DNA of 64,000 nt, from NCBI RefSeq assembly GCF_003790525.1, contig NZ_CP033633.1; one strand, given 5' to 3'. Position 1 is the stretch's first letter, and every line of letters begins with the position of its first letter. The translations under genes and the position numbers were made by a program. Origin of the DNA: Escherichia coli (GTDB lineage: Bacteria; Pseudomonadota; Gammaproteobacteria; Enterobacterales; Enterobacteriaceae). Below the pieces are notes generated by a model that was not told the DNA's origin, did no database searches, and saw nothing but the letters and a program-made list of their open reading frames with translations. This document shows, piece by piece, positions 32,571 to 42,311 of this stretch.

Positions 32571-33482
32571 TTACCAACTATTACTGTCCAGAATCTCCAC
32601 GGCTGAAATATATAGCGGAGAAACTCCACTGCCTTCAGGAAAACGGACAATGACATCATGATTATTACTGGACATCGTATAACCAGCCTCAACATAATTC
32701 CCTGTCTCAGAAATAACGCCATCTTCCTGGATTTCGGGATTAGACCGAACTGGAGTATTCATCTGACCCACACTTAATACCAGGTCCGGTAGATTTGGTG
32801 ATACAGGGGCACTGTAAACATCTTTAATATTGGTTCCCGGACGACTCCGGTCCGGAACTGGAACGGCATCCACTACTGGCACTGTCATCGGAATACCTCC
32901 GATAATAGCCATATATTGTGTACCATTCTGCATAAGGTCCGTCAGACGATATTTTACCGGTACATTATTACCCGCTGCTGGTAACTGGCTGGCAGGGATA
33001 TCCGTTACCTGCTCCAGTTGCTGTGTAACCATAAGACGAATAATTTTTTGCTCATTTCCGGAAGCAGGCTCCAGACGGGCAAAAGAAACAGCAGCCGGGC
33101 GAGACGGTTCTGGCAAACCACCACGTAAACCATTTTCAAGAACTGTTCGTGCAGCGGAAACTTTCTCGTTTCCCCAGGGGCTATGCACACTGACAGACCA
33201 TCCCGACCAGTCTCCCTCTTCAAGTTCCTTATCAAGAATAATCCGGCGAATAATTCCAGGAAAAAGAACACTTTGTACAAGTGCGATACCTTGTGGGCTG
33301 TAATCCCCCCATCCCGGAGGCATGGATGGAGCGAGACCTGATGAGCCTCCGGGTTTCACATCACCGCCCGGAATTCGTCCTGTTGACGGCCACACAACCA
33401 TTGTGTCCCCGTAATCAATACCTTCTGTCGGTACACTACCTTCATTATCACTCATAGAAAACCTCTTTGACTTTAAAAACAA
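32571..33482 (-). pseudogene. unknown Gly/Pro-rich protein, C-terminus cut by IS1 (stop codon supplied by the IS1 end)
   Basis: 303-aa ORF MSDNEGSVPTEGIDYGDTMVVWPSTGRIPGGDVKPGG...; reading frame runs into the IS1 terminus. Confidence 0.4.
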
Positions 33483-33669
33483 TCAATTAAAATTAAATAC
33501 TGTACATATAACCACTGGTTTTATGTACAGATCAAAAATTACGCCGCTGTGTTTTCTCTGTCAAGACTGTGGATTTCAATTTTTGTGAAAACGATCAAAA
33601 AACAGGCACTCACACCACGTGCTATTCTCGCCTGATACCACAAAAAACTGCACAAGCATTACTGGTCAG

Positions 33670-34129
33670 GACGGCAGGAAGAATGCCCGCCGGCCAGCAG
33701 ACTCACCGGCTGGTTCCGCTCTCGGACTCCTGGTACGTCAGCCAGCTGCAGACGATAGTGGCCACACTGAAAATCCCCATGGAACGGCGTAATAAACGAA
33801 CAGGCAGGACAGAGAAAGCGCGGATCTGGGAAGTGACGGACAGAACGGTCAGTACCTGGATTGGGGAAGCGGTTGCCGCCGCTGCCGCTGATGGTGTGAC
33901 GTTCTCTGCCCCGGTCACGCCACATACGTTCCGCCATTCCTATACGATGCACATGCTGTATGCCGGTATACCGCTGAAGGTCCTGCAGAGCCTGATGGGG
34001 CATAAGTCCATCAGCTCAACGGAAGTCTACACGAAGGTGTTTGCGCTGGATGTGGCTGCCCGGCACCGGGTGCAGTTTTCGATGCCTGAGTCCGATGCGG
34101 TCACAATGCTGAAAAACAGACACGCATAA
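33670..34129 (+). pseudogene. partial second copy of resD (3' ~60%), diverged
   Basis: Translation TAGRMPAGQQTHRLVPLSD...HTFRHSYTMHMLYAG... collinear with resD residues ~115-269. Confidence 0.7.
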
Positions 34130-34265
34130 TTCATAAATCATAATTATGAATTGTGATTTATTCTGTAAAAAAGAGACCACTGCAATATGTGATCTCTTGT
34201 ATGCAAGGGGGCTTAAACAGTATGAATTCACAAGTGTGATTTCATAAGTAATAACTTTTTGATTA

Positions 34266-34541
34266 TTATGTTAGTGTTTTTAAGTATTGCTCAAGGGCTA
34301 CTCTGACGATGGCACTTACATTTTTTGGATCTTTACCATTGCGTTTATTCCTCAATGCCAGATCTTCTATTGTGACAAGCATGCTTTCACCAAGAGAGAT
34401 TGTCGTCCGACATTGTTTTTCTGGTTCGGTTTTTTCCGGCGCGCCGTATGGTTTATCCGCAAGGCGCTGAGCCAGAGCCTCTGCTTGTTCTACCGTAACT
34501 GCAGCTCTGTTTAATGCTTGCTGGCTGGGTTTCTTCACCAT
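34266..34541 (-). CDS. small ribbon-helix-helix centromere-binding protein (ParB/ParG-like) of a type Ib partition system
   Basis: 91-aa ORF immediately downstream of and overlapping the ParA-like ATPase gene. Confidence 0.5.
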   Translation of the reverse strand: MVKKPSQQALNRAAVTVEQAEALAQRLADKPYGAPEKTEPEKQCRTTISLGESMLVTIEDLALRNKRNGKDPKNVSAIVRVALEQYLKTLT

Positions 34542-35179
34542 GGGCCAAATACCTCATTCATTAAATGTTCAATTTCTGCTTTGGCTGCTGTATTGTTCGT
34601 TTCTACTACACCGGTGCCGTTGCTCATGCAATCGCGATAGACTTTTCTGAAACAAATAACTGAATCCAGAACTTGAATTGTTGGGAATTCTTCAAGATAT
34701 TCAAGGAATTCTTTTCTCTCATTTCCCCTCAAAACCGGATTGGTTGTTGCCATACTTTGTAAACAATAAACCTTAAGTTCCGGGTTAAGGTTACGCATTG
34801 CGTCTATCTGTTGTTCTAGTTCTGTAAGAGTATCCAGATCTGGTTGAGAACACTGTAGTGGCGCAATTATTTGATGTGCGACAACTCCACTCGTTATGAA
34901 TTCCTTTGAGTTTCTTCCTGCGACATCCACTATTACATCATCGAACTTTTCATTCAGAGCCTGTAGTGTTTGTGTCAGATTATCAAATTTCTCAACAAGA
35001 GTTATTGCTGGTAAAAGTCCTGCAGCTTCTCGTTCCGCATGATGTTTTGCGGCTGTTCGTTGTAGATCTCCGTTTAACAGGCAGACTTCCCTTCCTTTAT
35101 TTGCGAGAGCAATAGCCAGGTTTGATGCAATGGTAGTTTTCCCTGAACCACCTTTGTTCCCACCAACTACAGTAATCAT
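34535..35179 (-). CDS. ParA/ParF-type partition ATPase (deviant Walker A)
   Basis: MITVVGGNKGGSGKTTIASNLAIALA...; 214 aa; divergent from parM. Confidence 0.8.
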   Translation of the reverse strand: MITVVGGNKGGSGKTTIASNLAIALANKGREVCLLNGDLQRTAAKHHAEREAAGLLPAITLVEKFDNLTQTLQALNEKFDDVIVDVAGRNSKEFITSGVVAHQIIAPLQCSQPDLDTLTELEQQIDAMRNLNPELKVYCLQSMATTNPVLRGNERKEFLEYLEEFPTIQVLDSVICFRKVYRDCMSNGTGVVETNNTAAKAEIEHLMNEVFGPW

Positions 35180-35407
35180 TGCAACCTCATAAATGTGATG
35201 TGTGAAGTATGATGATATTTTGACACGGTAACCTGAGGTGTCAATATGCGTTCATATTTATGAAGTATGAAACATGAAGTGTTTCATATGATGTAATAAA
35301 TAATACTTGTGTTTTGTGATTTCATAACTATGATAGTACTCAAATTGAGTATTACCTTGCAACCAGAAACAGTGATTTACTCAGATTGAGTATTTAAGGG
35401 GCTATAG
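35180..35407. promoter_or_regulatory. intergenic centromere/promoter region shared by the two divergent partition operons
   Basis: AT-rich 228-bp region with short repeats (tgatgtg, atgaagt, attgagtat x2) between divergent par genes. Confidence 0.45.
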
Positions 35408-36379
35408 ATGAACGTATACTGCGATGATGGTTCAACAACAATCAAGTTGGCATGGAATGACAATGGGAAAATCAGTAAGTCGTTGTCGCAAAACTCATTT
35501 CGTCATGGATGGAAGGTTGACGGGTTAGGGATTCGCCAGACATTTAACTATGAACTGGATGGTAAAAAATACACGTATGATGAAGTTAGCAACCAATCTA
35601 TTCTTACGACTCATATTGAGTATCAATATACGGATGTTAACCTGTTAGCTGTGCATCACGCTTTACTGAATAGTGGATTAGTGCCTCAGCCTGTATCATT
35701 GACTGTGACTTTGCCTATCAGTGAGTTCTACACGAAAGAGTGTCAAAAAAATGAACTCAACATTCAGCGTAAAATTGAGAATTTAATGAGGCCGATTCGT
35801 CTTAATAAAGGCGATGTTTTCACCATTGAACACGTTGATGTGATGCCTGAATCATTGCCAGCTGTGTTTTCTCGTCTGGTCATGGATAAAGTTGGTCAGT
35901 TCGAAAAATCGCTGGTAGTTGATATTGGCGGCACTACGCTTGATGTTGGTGTTATCGTTGGTCAATTTGACTCTGTAAGTGCCATTCATGGTAATTCTGG
36001 CATTGGTGTGTCTTCAGTTACGAAAGCTGCAATGAGTGCATTGCGCATGGCATCCAGTGATACCAGTTTCCTCGTTGCAGATGAATTGATTAAACGTCGT
36101 AATGACCCGGACTTTGTTCGGCAGGTTATAAATGACGAAACAAAAACTGATCTGGTCCTTAATACCATTGAGGGGGCTATTGCCAGTCTGGGGGAGCAAG
36201 TAGTCAATGAGCTCGGTGATTTTCATCATGTGAATCGTGTTTATGTTGTCGGTGGTGGGGCACCGTTGATCTATGATTCGATAAAAACGGCATGGCACCA
36301 TCTTGGGCAAAAAGTAGTGATGATGGAGTCGCCACAGACAGCACTGGTTGAAGCTATCGCGGCTTTCAAAGAGGAGTAA
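35408..36379 (+). CDS. parM: ParM (StbA) actin-like plasmid segregation ATPase
   Basis: 323 aa; MNVYCDDGSTTIKLAWNDNGK...FNYELDGKKYTYDEV... collinear with R1 ParM. Confidence 0.85.
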   Translation: MNVYCDDGSTTIKLAWNDNGKISKSLSQNSFRHGWKVDGLGIRQTFNYELDGKKYTYDEVSNQSILTTHIEYQYTDVNLLAVHHALLNSGLVPQPVSLTVTLPISEFYTKECQKNELNIQRKIENLMRPIRLNKGDVFTIEHVDVMPESLPAVFSRLVMDKVGQFEKSLVVDIGGTTLDVGVIVGQFDSVSAIHGNSGIGVSSVTKAAMSALRMASSDTSFLVADELIKRRNDPDFVRQVINDETKTDLVLNTIEGAIASLGEQVVNELGDFHHVNRVYVVGGGAPLIYDSIKTAWHHLGQKVVMMESPQTALVEAIAAFKEE

Positions 36380-36383
36380 TATT

Positions 36384-36776
36384 GTGGACGATGAACGGAA
36401 AAGGAAAAAATTCACACTTTATCTGCATCCGGAAAAAGCTGCAGACTTTCAAACTTTGGAAGCGATAGAGTCCGTTCCGCGTTCTGAGCGTGGTGAGCTG
36501 TTCCGGAATGCATTTATTTCTGGAATGGCGTTACACCAACTTGATCCTCGCCTGCCTGTATTGCTGACTGCCATTTTGAGCGAGGAGTTTTCAGCAGATC
36601 AGGTTGTAACCTTACTCAGTCAGACGACTGGATGGAAGCCTTCTCAGGCCGATATCAGAGCTGTGTTGACTGAACTCGGTGCTTCGCAATCTGCTGAAAA
36701 AATGCCTCCTTCTGCTACTGATTCGGTGCAGGAGGCAATGAATGATGTGCGCCTTAAAATGCAAAAATTATTCTGA
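36384..36776 (+). CDS. parR: ParR-like centromere-binding adaptor (GTG start)
   Basis: ~130-aa ORF directly after parM, SD gaggag 8 nt upstream of GTG 36384. Confidence 0.55.
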   Translation: MDDERKRKKFTLYLHPEKAADFQTLEAIESVPRSERGELFRNAFISGMALHQLDPRLPVLLTAILSEEFSADQVVTLLSQTTGWKPSQADIRAVLTELGASQSAEKMPPSATDSVQEAMNDVRLKMQKLF

Positions 36777-36780
36777 TATA

Positions 36781-38052
36781 TCAGAATGAAGCAATGGGGA
36801 TCTCAGTCCATTGTGTTGTATACGAAGGCGAGAGCATTTCCCGTTTCATTTGCCATTCAGGGGCGGTTCCTCGCCCCGCAAACCACACTTTCCCTTTTCC
36901 CGACTGGTTCAGTTCATCGAGTGTTTTCATTAACTTTTCACTGTTTTTACGGGGCTGGATTTCATCAAATAATCCCGGCTGCGCTATACCCGATGGTGTG
37001 AAATCAGCCAGCATGACTCCTGCCTTCATATAGCGGTACCCTTCACGCCAGACATGGTTTAAGGCTCTGCATGCGGCGGCAATAATGTCCCGGCTGTCCT
37101 GTGTGGGCAATGGAAGCTTTTCCACAGCGGCATTGCTGTAACAGGGTTCTTTTACTGCAAAGGGGGATGTCCGTACAAATGTCGTCACCTGCCGGCAATA
37201 CTGACGCTCCCCACGTAGTTTCTCTGCGGCCCGCTCTGCATACTGAACAACAGCCTGGTGCATGGCATCTTTGTCTGTGATTCGTTCACCAAAACTGCGA
37301 CTACAGACAATCTGCTGTTTTGCCGGTGGTGCTTCTTCCAGGGATATGCAGGACTCGCCGTTGAGTTCGCGTACCGTACGCTCAAGAATGACGCTGAAGT
37401 TTTTCCGGATGAATGCCGTGTTAGCCTGCGCCAGCTGCAGTGCTGTGTTAATACCCAGCGCATTCAGCTTTTCCGTCAGTCTGCGTCCTACTCCCCAGAC
37501 CTCACCAACTGGCTGCAGTCCCAGTAGCTTCAAGATCCGATTACGGTTTTCTGCCGTCAGCGCGACCACACCGGAAAACTGTGGCCATTGCTTTGTTGCC
37601 CACTGTGCACTTTTAGCCAGCGTTTTTGTAGGCGCAATGCCCACCCCCATGGTGAGTCCTGTCCAGCTCTTTACCTGTTCCCTGAGCTGATGACCAAAAA
37701 ACTCCGGAGAGATGCAATGATTTATCCCCCGCAAATCAATAAACATTTCATCAATTGAGTAGGGCTCAACTGCGGGAGAAAGCGACTCCAGAACAGCCAT
37801 GACCCGTTGGCTCATGCTGTGGTACAGCGCATAATTGCTGGAAAATACATGTATTTTCTTCTCCAGGCGCATCTGTCTCACCTGAAACCAGGGCTGCCCC
37901 ATTCTGATGCCAAGGGCTTTTGCCTCCGGGCTGCGCGCGATCACACAGCCATCGTTATTGCTGAGTACGATGACCGGTTCGTTGCGAAGGTCCGGGCGGA
38001 AAACTTTTTCACATGAGGCGTAGAAACTGTTGATATCAGCCAGTGCAAACAT
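36781..38052 (-). CDS. Y-family DNA polymerase V catalytic subunit (UmuC/MucB/ImpB-like)
   Basis: 423 aa; MFALADINSFYASCEKVFRPDLRNEPVIVLSNNDGCVIARS... N-terminus. Confidence 0.85.
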   Translation of the reverse strand: MFALADINSFYASCEKVFRPDLRNEPVIVLSNNDGCVIARSPEAKALGIRMGQPWFQVRQMRLEKKIHVFSSNYALYHSMSQRVMAVLESLSPAVEPYSIDEMFIDLRGINHCISPEFFGHQLREQVKSWTGLTMGVGIAPTKTLAKSAQWATKQWPQFSGVVALTAENRNRILKLLGLQPVGEVWGVGRRLTEKLNALGINTALQLAQANTAFIRKNFSVILERTVRELNGESCISLEEAPPAKQQIVCSRSFGERITDKDAMHQAVVQYAERAAEKLRGERQYCRQVTTFVRTSPFAVKEPCYSNAAVEKLPLPTQDSRDIIAAACRALNHVWREGYRYMKAGVMLADFTPSGIAQPGLFDEIQPRKNSEKLMKTLDELNQSGKGKVWFAGRGTAPEWQMKREMLSPSYTTQWTEIPIASF

Positions 38053-38489
38053 CAGCGTAACTCCCGCGTCCTGTGTATCACGTGAGTGACAACACCAAAA
38101 ATACAGATGTTTTCCGGATACAGTGTGCGGAACTCCGGGCTGTCTGAAACCGGCTCCAGTGCCGGGCGTGGGCGCAACAGCAGTCGTTTGACGGTGAACT
38201 CACCGTCGATCTCAGCGATAACGATGTCCCCGTGTTGTGGTTTTTCGGCCCTGTCCACTACCAGCAGATCACCATTCTGCACGCCAGCCTGGTTCATCGA
38301 TTCACCGCTGGCGCGCAGAAAGAAGGTGGCTGCAGGTCTGCTGATGCAATAGCTGTTCAGATCCAGTTCCTGCTCAGCATAATCAGTGGCAGGCGAAGGA
38401 AAACCGGCCTGGCAACGATCGGCAAACAACGGTCGCACGTAACTGTCATCGCCTGAAGGGTCAGCCGGACGGTGATAAACGGTACTCAT
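38052..38489 (-). CDS. UmuD/MucA/ImpA-like self-cleaving accessory subunit
   Basis: 145 aa; ...ASGESMNQAGVQNGDLLVVDRA...GDIVIAEIDGEFTVKRL (Ser/Lys peptidase fold). Confidence 0.8.
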   Translation of the reverse strand: MSTVYHRPADPSGDDSYVRPLFADRCQAGFPSPATDYAEQELDLNSYCISRPAATFFLRASGESMNQAGVQNGDLLVVDRAEKPQHGDIVIAEIDGEFTVKRLLLRPRPALEPVSDSPEFRTLYPENICIFGVVTHVIHRTRELR

Positions 38490-38734
38490 GCTGCAGGCAG
38501 CCAGCTGTCGTCCTGCCAGATTTCTTCCAGCAGAGACAGGATACGTTCTTTATCCTTGTCGTTGCGGGCTCCTGTGACAGATACAGACGGGGCGCTGCCC
38601 TGGTCTATACGCAGCCAGATTTCCGGGTAGTGTGGTTTCAGACGTTGTTCGATTTCATTCTGTAGCGCCTGAAGTGTGCCTGATTTGAGGTTTTTTGTGC
38701 TCTGGCGGTCGAAAAGAATTTCAATGCGGATCAT
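38486..38734 (-). CDS. DinI-family protein (ImpC-like) heading the umuDC-like operon
   Basis: 82-aa ORF from internal ATG (MIRIEILFDRQ...ILSLLEEIWQDDSWLPAA), DinI-like acidic C-terminus. Confidence 0.6.
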   Translation of the reverse strand: MIRIEILFDRQSTKNLKSGTLQALQNEIEQRLKPHYPEIWLRIDQGSAPSVSVTGARNDKDKERILSLLEEIWQDDSWLPAA

Positions 38735-39127
38735 GTTCTCATCTCCCTTTTCTCTTGCTGTATGTATATACAGTATTCTAATAACTGAATCCACACACAG
38801 TCAAATGTCATTATTGTGACTAAAAAACGCTCAATTCTCTGAGGGTGTGGCTGTATGCCTGCTGTGGAGTGCTGTGTCCAGCTTATCCACAGCATTTTGT
38901 GCACGGTTCTGTGGACAAAATACCTGGTTACCCAGGCCGTGCCGGCACGTTAACCGGGCTGCATCCGATGCAAGTATGTCGCTGTCGCCGGCCTCCTCAC
39001 CCGGTCACGTTTCGTCGTTCCTCCTCCACGCGCTGCGGCTTCGGGGCCGCACCTGCATTCGTATGCGGTCGCCCGGTAACAGGTGCGGCACGGCCTGATG
39101 GAGGCCGCATGTGAGAGGAGAATTCCC

Positions 39128-40054
39128 ATGCCAAACTGGTGCTCGAATCGTATGTATTTTTCTGGTGAACCGGCACAGATCGCTGAGATTAAACGACTGG
39201 CCAGTGGTGCAGTCACACCGCTTTATCGCCGCGCCACAAATGAAGGTATTCAGCTGTTTCTGGCCGGAAGTGCCGGACTTCTGCAGACCACTGAAGATGT
39301 GCGGTTTGAACCATGCCCCGGACTGACGGCTGCCGGACGTGGTGTTGTATCTCCGGAGAATATAGCGTTCACCCGCTGGCTGACACACCTGCAGAACGGT
39401 GTACTGCTGGATGAGCAAAACTGCCTGATGCTGCATGAACTCTGGCTGCAGAGCGGTACTGGACAGCGTCGCTGGGAAGGATTACCGGACGATGTCAGGG
39501 ATACCATCACCGCACTTTTCACCGCAAAAAGAGGTGACTGGTGTGGCTTCTGGAGTAACGAGGATGTATCGGTGTGGTGGAACCGTCTGTGTGACAATGT
39601 ACTGCCGGAAAAAACCATGCCGTTTGACCTGCTGACGGTTCTGCCGACCCGCCTTGATGTTGAAGTGAATGGCTTCAACGGTGGTGTTCTGAACGGTGTT
39701 CCTTCTGCATATCACTGGTATACAGAACGGTATGGTGTGAAGTGGCCTTGTGGGTATGACCTGAATATCAGCAGTCAGGGGGAAAACTTCATTCAGGTGG
39801 ATTTCGACACGCCGTGGTGTCAGCCGGAAAGCGACGTTATTGCAGCATTAAGCCGCCGTTTCAGCTGCACGCTGGAGCACTGGTATGCCGAACAGGGCTG
39901 TGATTTCTGTGGCTGGCAGTTGTATGAGCGCGGAGAGCTTGTTGATGTGCTGTGGGGGGAACTGGAATGGTCTTCCCCGACAGATGACGATGAGCTGCCG
40001 GAAGTCACCGGACCTGCGTGGATAGTCGACAATGTGGCGCATTATGGCGGATGA
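39128..40054 (+). CDS. hypothetical Cys/Trp-rich leading-region protein
   Basis: 308 aa from ATG 39128 (MPNWCSNRMYFSG...); SD ggagga upstream; first ORF of the co-oriented leading-region block. Confidence 0.55.
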   Translation: MPNWCSNRMYFSGEPAQIAEIKRLASGAVTPLYRRATNEGIQLFLAGSAGLLQTTEDVRFEPCPGLTAAGRGVVSPENIAFTRWLTHLQNGVLLDEQNCLMLHELWLQSGTGQRRWEGLPDDVRDTITALFTAKRGDWCGFWSNEDVSVWWNRLCDNVLPEKTMPFDLLTVLPTRLDVEVNGFNGGVLNGVPSAYHWYTERYGVKWPCGYDLNISSQGENFIQVDFDTPWCQPESDVIAALSRRFSCTLEHWYAEQGCDFCGWQLYERGELVDVLWGELEWSSPTDDDELPEVTGPAWIVDNVAHYGG

Positions 40055-40102
40055 AGTATGACGGAGACGGGCGGGAAACCGCCCGTTTCTTTTCCGACAA
40101 AG

Positions 40103-40447
40103 GATGTCGCCGGCGGCTCCGCTTTACCCGGCCATGCGGGGCATGGCCTTGTGGGTTTTCAACTCTGTAGCCTCAGCGTCGTGTGCGGGCTGTGCCGTGC
40201 CTCCATCGTAGCCGGGCTTCTGCGGGCGGGTTGCAAGGTAAGGTGAACCGCTGCGGTCACCCGGTCCCTCCTTCCCGTCTGCCGTGATTTTCCGGTCGTT
40301 CACCCGCTCAGATTTCGCGGTCTCACCCTCCAACTCCCGTCAGCCGTGTGCGTCAGGCTGCGGCTTCCCTTGCGCCCTTGCAACCCTGCAGGCCCGGCAA
40401 AGATGGAGGCACGGCACCGCCCGGTGTCGCGGAATATGTGAACAACG
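40103..40447 (+). repeat. structured non-coding repeat, family A copy 1 (ssi/Frpo-like candidate)
   Basis: ~345 bp GC-rich, near-identical to 47056-47402; directly upstream of the klcA-like gene. Confidence 0.6.
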
Positions 40448-40459
40448 GAGGAAAACATC

Positions 40460-40885
40460 ATGCAATATGCGAAACCTGTCACTCTGAATGTTGAAGAGTG
40501 CGACCGTCTCTCCTTTCTGCCTTACCTGTTTGGCAACGATTTTCTGTATGCCGAGGCGTATGTGTACGCGCTGGCGCAAAAAATGATGCCGGAATATCAG
40601 GGAGGCTTCTGGCACTTCATCCGCCTGCCGGACGGTGGCGGTTACATGATGCCGGATGGCGACCGTTTCCACATGGTGAACGGTGCAAACTGGTTTGACC
40701 GTACCGTGAGTGCTGATGCCTGCGGCATCATTCTGACTTCCCTTGTGATTAACCGCCAGTTGTGGCTGTACCACGACAGCGGGGATGCGGGACTGACACA
40801 CCTTTACCGGATGCGCGATGCGCAGTTGTGGAGCCACATCGAATTTCACCCCGAATGCAATGCGATTTACGCGGCACTGGACTGA
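40460..40885 (+). CDS. antirestriction protein, KlcA/ArdB-like (tentative)
   Basis: 141 aa; ...[22 protein letters not shown]...[15 protein letters not shown]...; assignment from remembered family pattern. Confidence 0.5.
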   Translation: MQYAKPVTLNVEECDRLSFLPYLFGNDFLYAEAYVYALAQKMMPEYQGGFWHFIRLPDGGGYMMPDGDRFHMVNGANWFDRTVSADACGIILTSLVINRQLWLYHDSGDAGLTHLYRMRDAQLWSHIEFHPECNAIYAALD

Positions 40886-40931
40886 TTAACGGACGGGGCG
40901 GCGATGCCGCCCCTGTAAAGGAGACGAGAAC

Positions 40932-41351
40932 ATGTACTGTACTGTTAAAGAAATTATCCGCGAAGTGCTGGATACAGACGTGCCGGACAGTGAATGCGTT
41001 TTTGCTGTGGTGCTGACCCGTGGGGATGTACGTCACATAGCCCAGGACTGGAGTCTGACAGACGATGAGCTGGAAACCGTCATGCAGCGGCTGGACGATG
41101 CCTTTGAGCATGGTGCTGATGTCAGCATTGTTCACGACGTTGTTCGTGAACTGATGGAGGAAAAGCGCGTAAACCGTCTTGTAACAGTCCCTGCGGTGCT
41201 GCTGGAAAAAGTGATGGTGATGGCTGGTAGTGAAATTTATCGCCTCCATGCTGTAGGGAGCGAGAACGGGGGCGACGGTGACGCATTTGTCAGGGAAGAA
41301 CGTGAGATTATGCGGTTGATGCGTCAGGCGCTGGACGGGGAGAACGGGTAA
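40932..41351 (+). CDS. hypothetical acidic leading-region protein
   Basis: 139-aa ORF co-oriented with neighbours. Confidence 0.5.
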   Translation: MYCTVKEIIREVLDTDVPDSECVFAVVLTRGDVRHIAQDWSLTDDELETVMQRLDDAFEHGADVSIVHDVVRELMEEKRVNRLVTVPAVLLEKVMVMAGSEIYRLHAVGSENGGDGDAFVREEREIMRLMRQALDGENG

Positions 41352-41542
41352 TGAATATCAGCACAGAAACCCGCGAAATTCTGCGCAATTACAAAGCCGT
41401 GATTAATGCACGACGTCGTGAGATGGGGCAGAAACCGCTCACCACCGCGCAGATTGTTGATGAAATCTGCGATTTTGTGGCAAATCAGCAGGCTGTTTTC
41501 CTCGGCGGTCACTACATCCTTCAGGGCAGCAGAAACAGGTGA
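41351..41542 (+). CDS. hypothetical small protein
   Basis: 63-aa ORF, start overlaps previous stop. Confidence 0.35.
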   Translation: MNISTETREILRNYKAVINARRREMGQKPLTTAQIVDEICDFVANQQAVFLGGHYILQGSRNR

Positions 41543-41744
41543 TACAGGGCAGGCGGTGGAGGCCGCCTGTCAGCCCGCGCGAAAACCCCTGGCAGGCTGA
41601 CGCCTGCCGGAAACGCGGGGTGCAGCGCCTGCGGCGCTGCCGGCCCGGCTTTCCGGTCAGAAGGTAGTGTATGGCTGTATGCCAGGAACAGGTGTGATAT
41701 TCCGTGACGCTGTCACCGTTTCTGGCTGTTTTTTGTTGCGCCCA

Positions 41745-42300
41745 CTTCGGCTCCCGGCTGCCTGGCGGCATCCGGTCGTCAGGCCCGACTCCGACAGGCA
41801 GCTGCTGGCGCACCCGCCAGTCTCCGCCGAACCCGCTGGCGCGGTTTCGGGCTGTCGCTACGGTCCGATGCGTGAAAACCCGGGCTTGCAGCGACCGTTC
41901 CGGTCGCGCCGCCTCTGTCGCGCCGTGACCTGCGCTCCCTGCACACCTGACGGTGTGTGAGGAAACTGCGCCTGATGGCGCAGCAGTCTTCCCTCCTGCC
42001 GCCACCTCTGCGGCCTGTTTCCCGCTGTGGACTTTCCGGGGGGCAGACGTAACCCCCTCCCGTTCCATCTGTCCAGGGTGAGATGCACCGGCCACAAAAT
42101 TTTTAGCCATGAACCCGGCTAAAAATTTTGCGTCCGCCCCCGGACAGCTGTCCCGTGAGGCGGTAAACGGGCCCCCATCGGAAAGGTCCACTGCGGGGAG
42201 AAACCCCTGTGAAGTGGACGGCAGGAGGAGCTTTCGCTCCTCTGAAGGGGCACATGAACGTCCCGTCGCCGGTATCCGGTTTATCTCACATCTTTCAGTC
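41745..42300 (+). repeat. structured non-coding repeat, family B copy 1 (ssi/Frpo-like candidate) upstream of ssb
   Basis: ~555 bp GC-rich, many internal palindromes; paralogous to 48098-48640 and 51470-51850. Confidence 0.6.
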
Positions 42301-42311
42301 AGGAGGTTCTT

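Larger units (their letters stand above)
31808..32575 (+). mobile_element. IS1, copy C
   Basis: 768-bp IS1 with insA 31863-32138 and insB 32057-32560. Confidence 0.9.

Noticed and set aside
41439-42191. 250-aa minus-strand ORF (and similar ORFs at 48032-48529 and 51413-51850)
   Set aside because: They lie entirely within the GC-rich family-B non-coding repeats, overlap each other in several frames, have no SD, and their sequence is explained by the repeat itself
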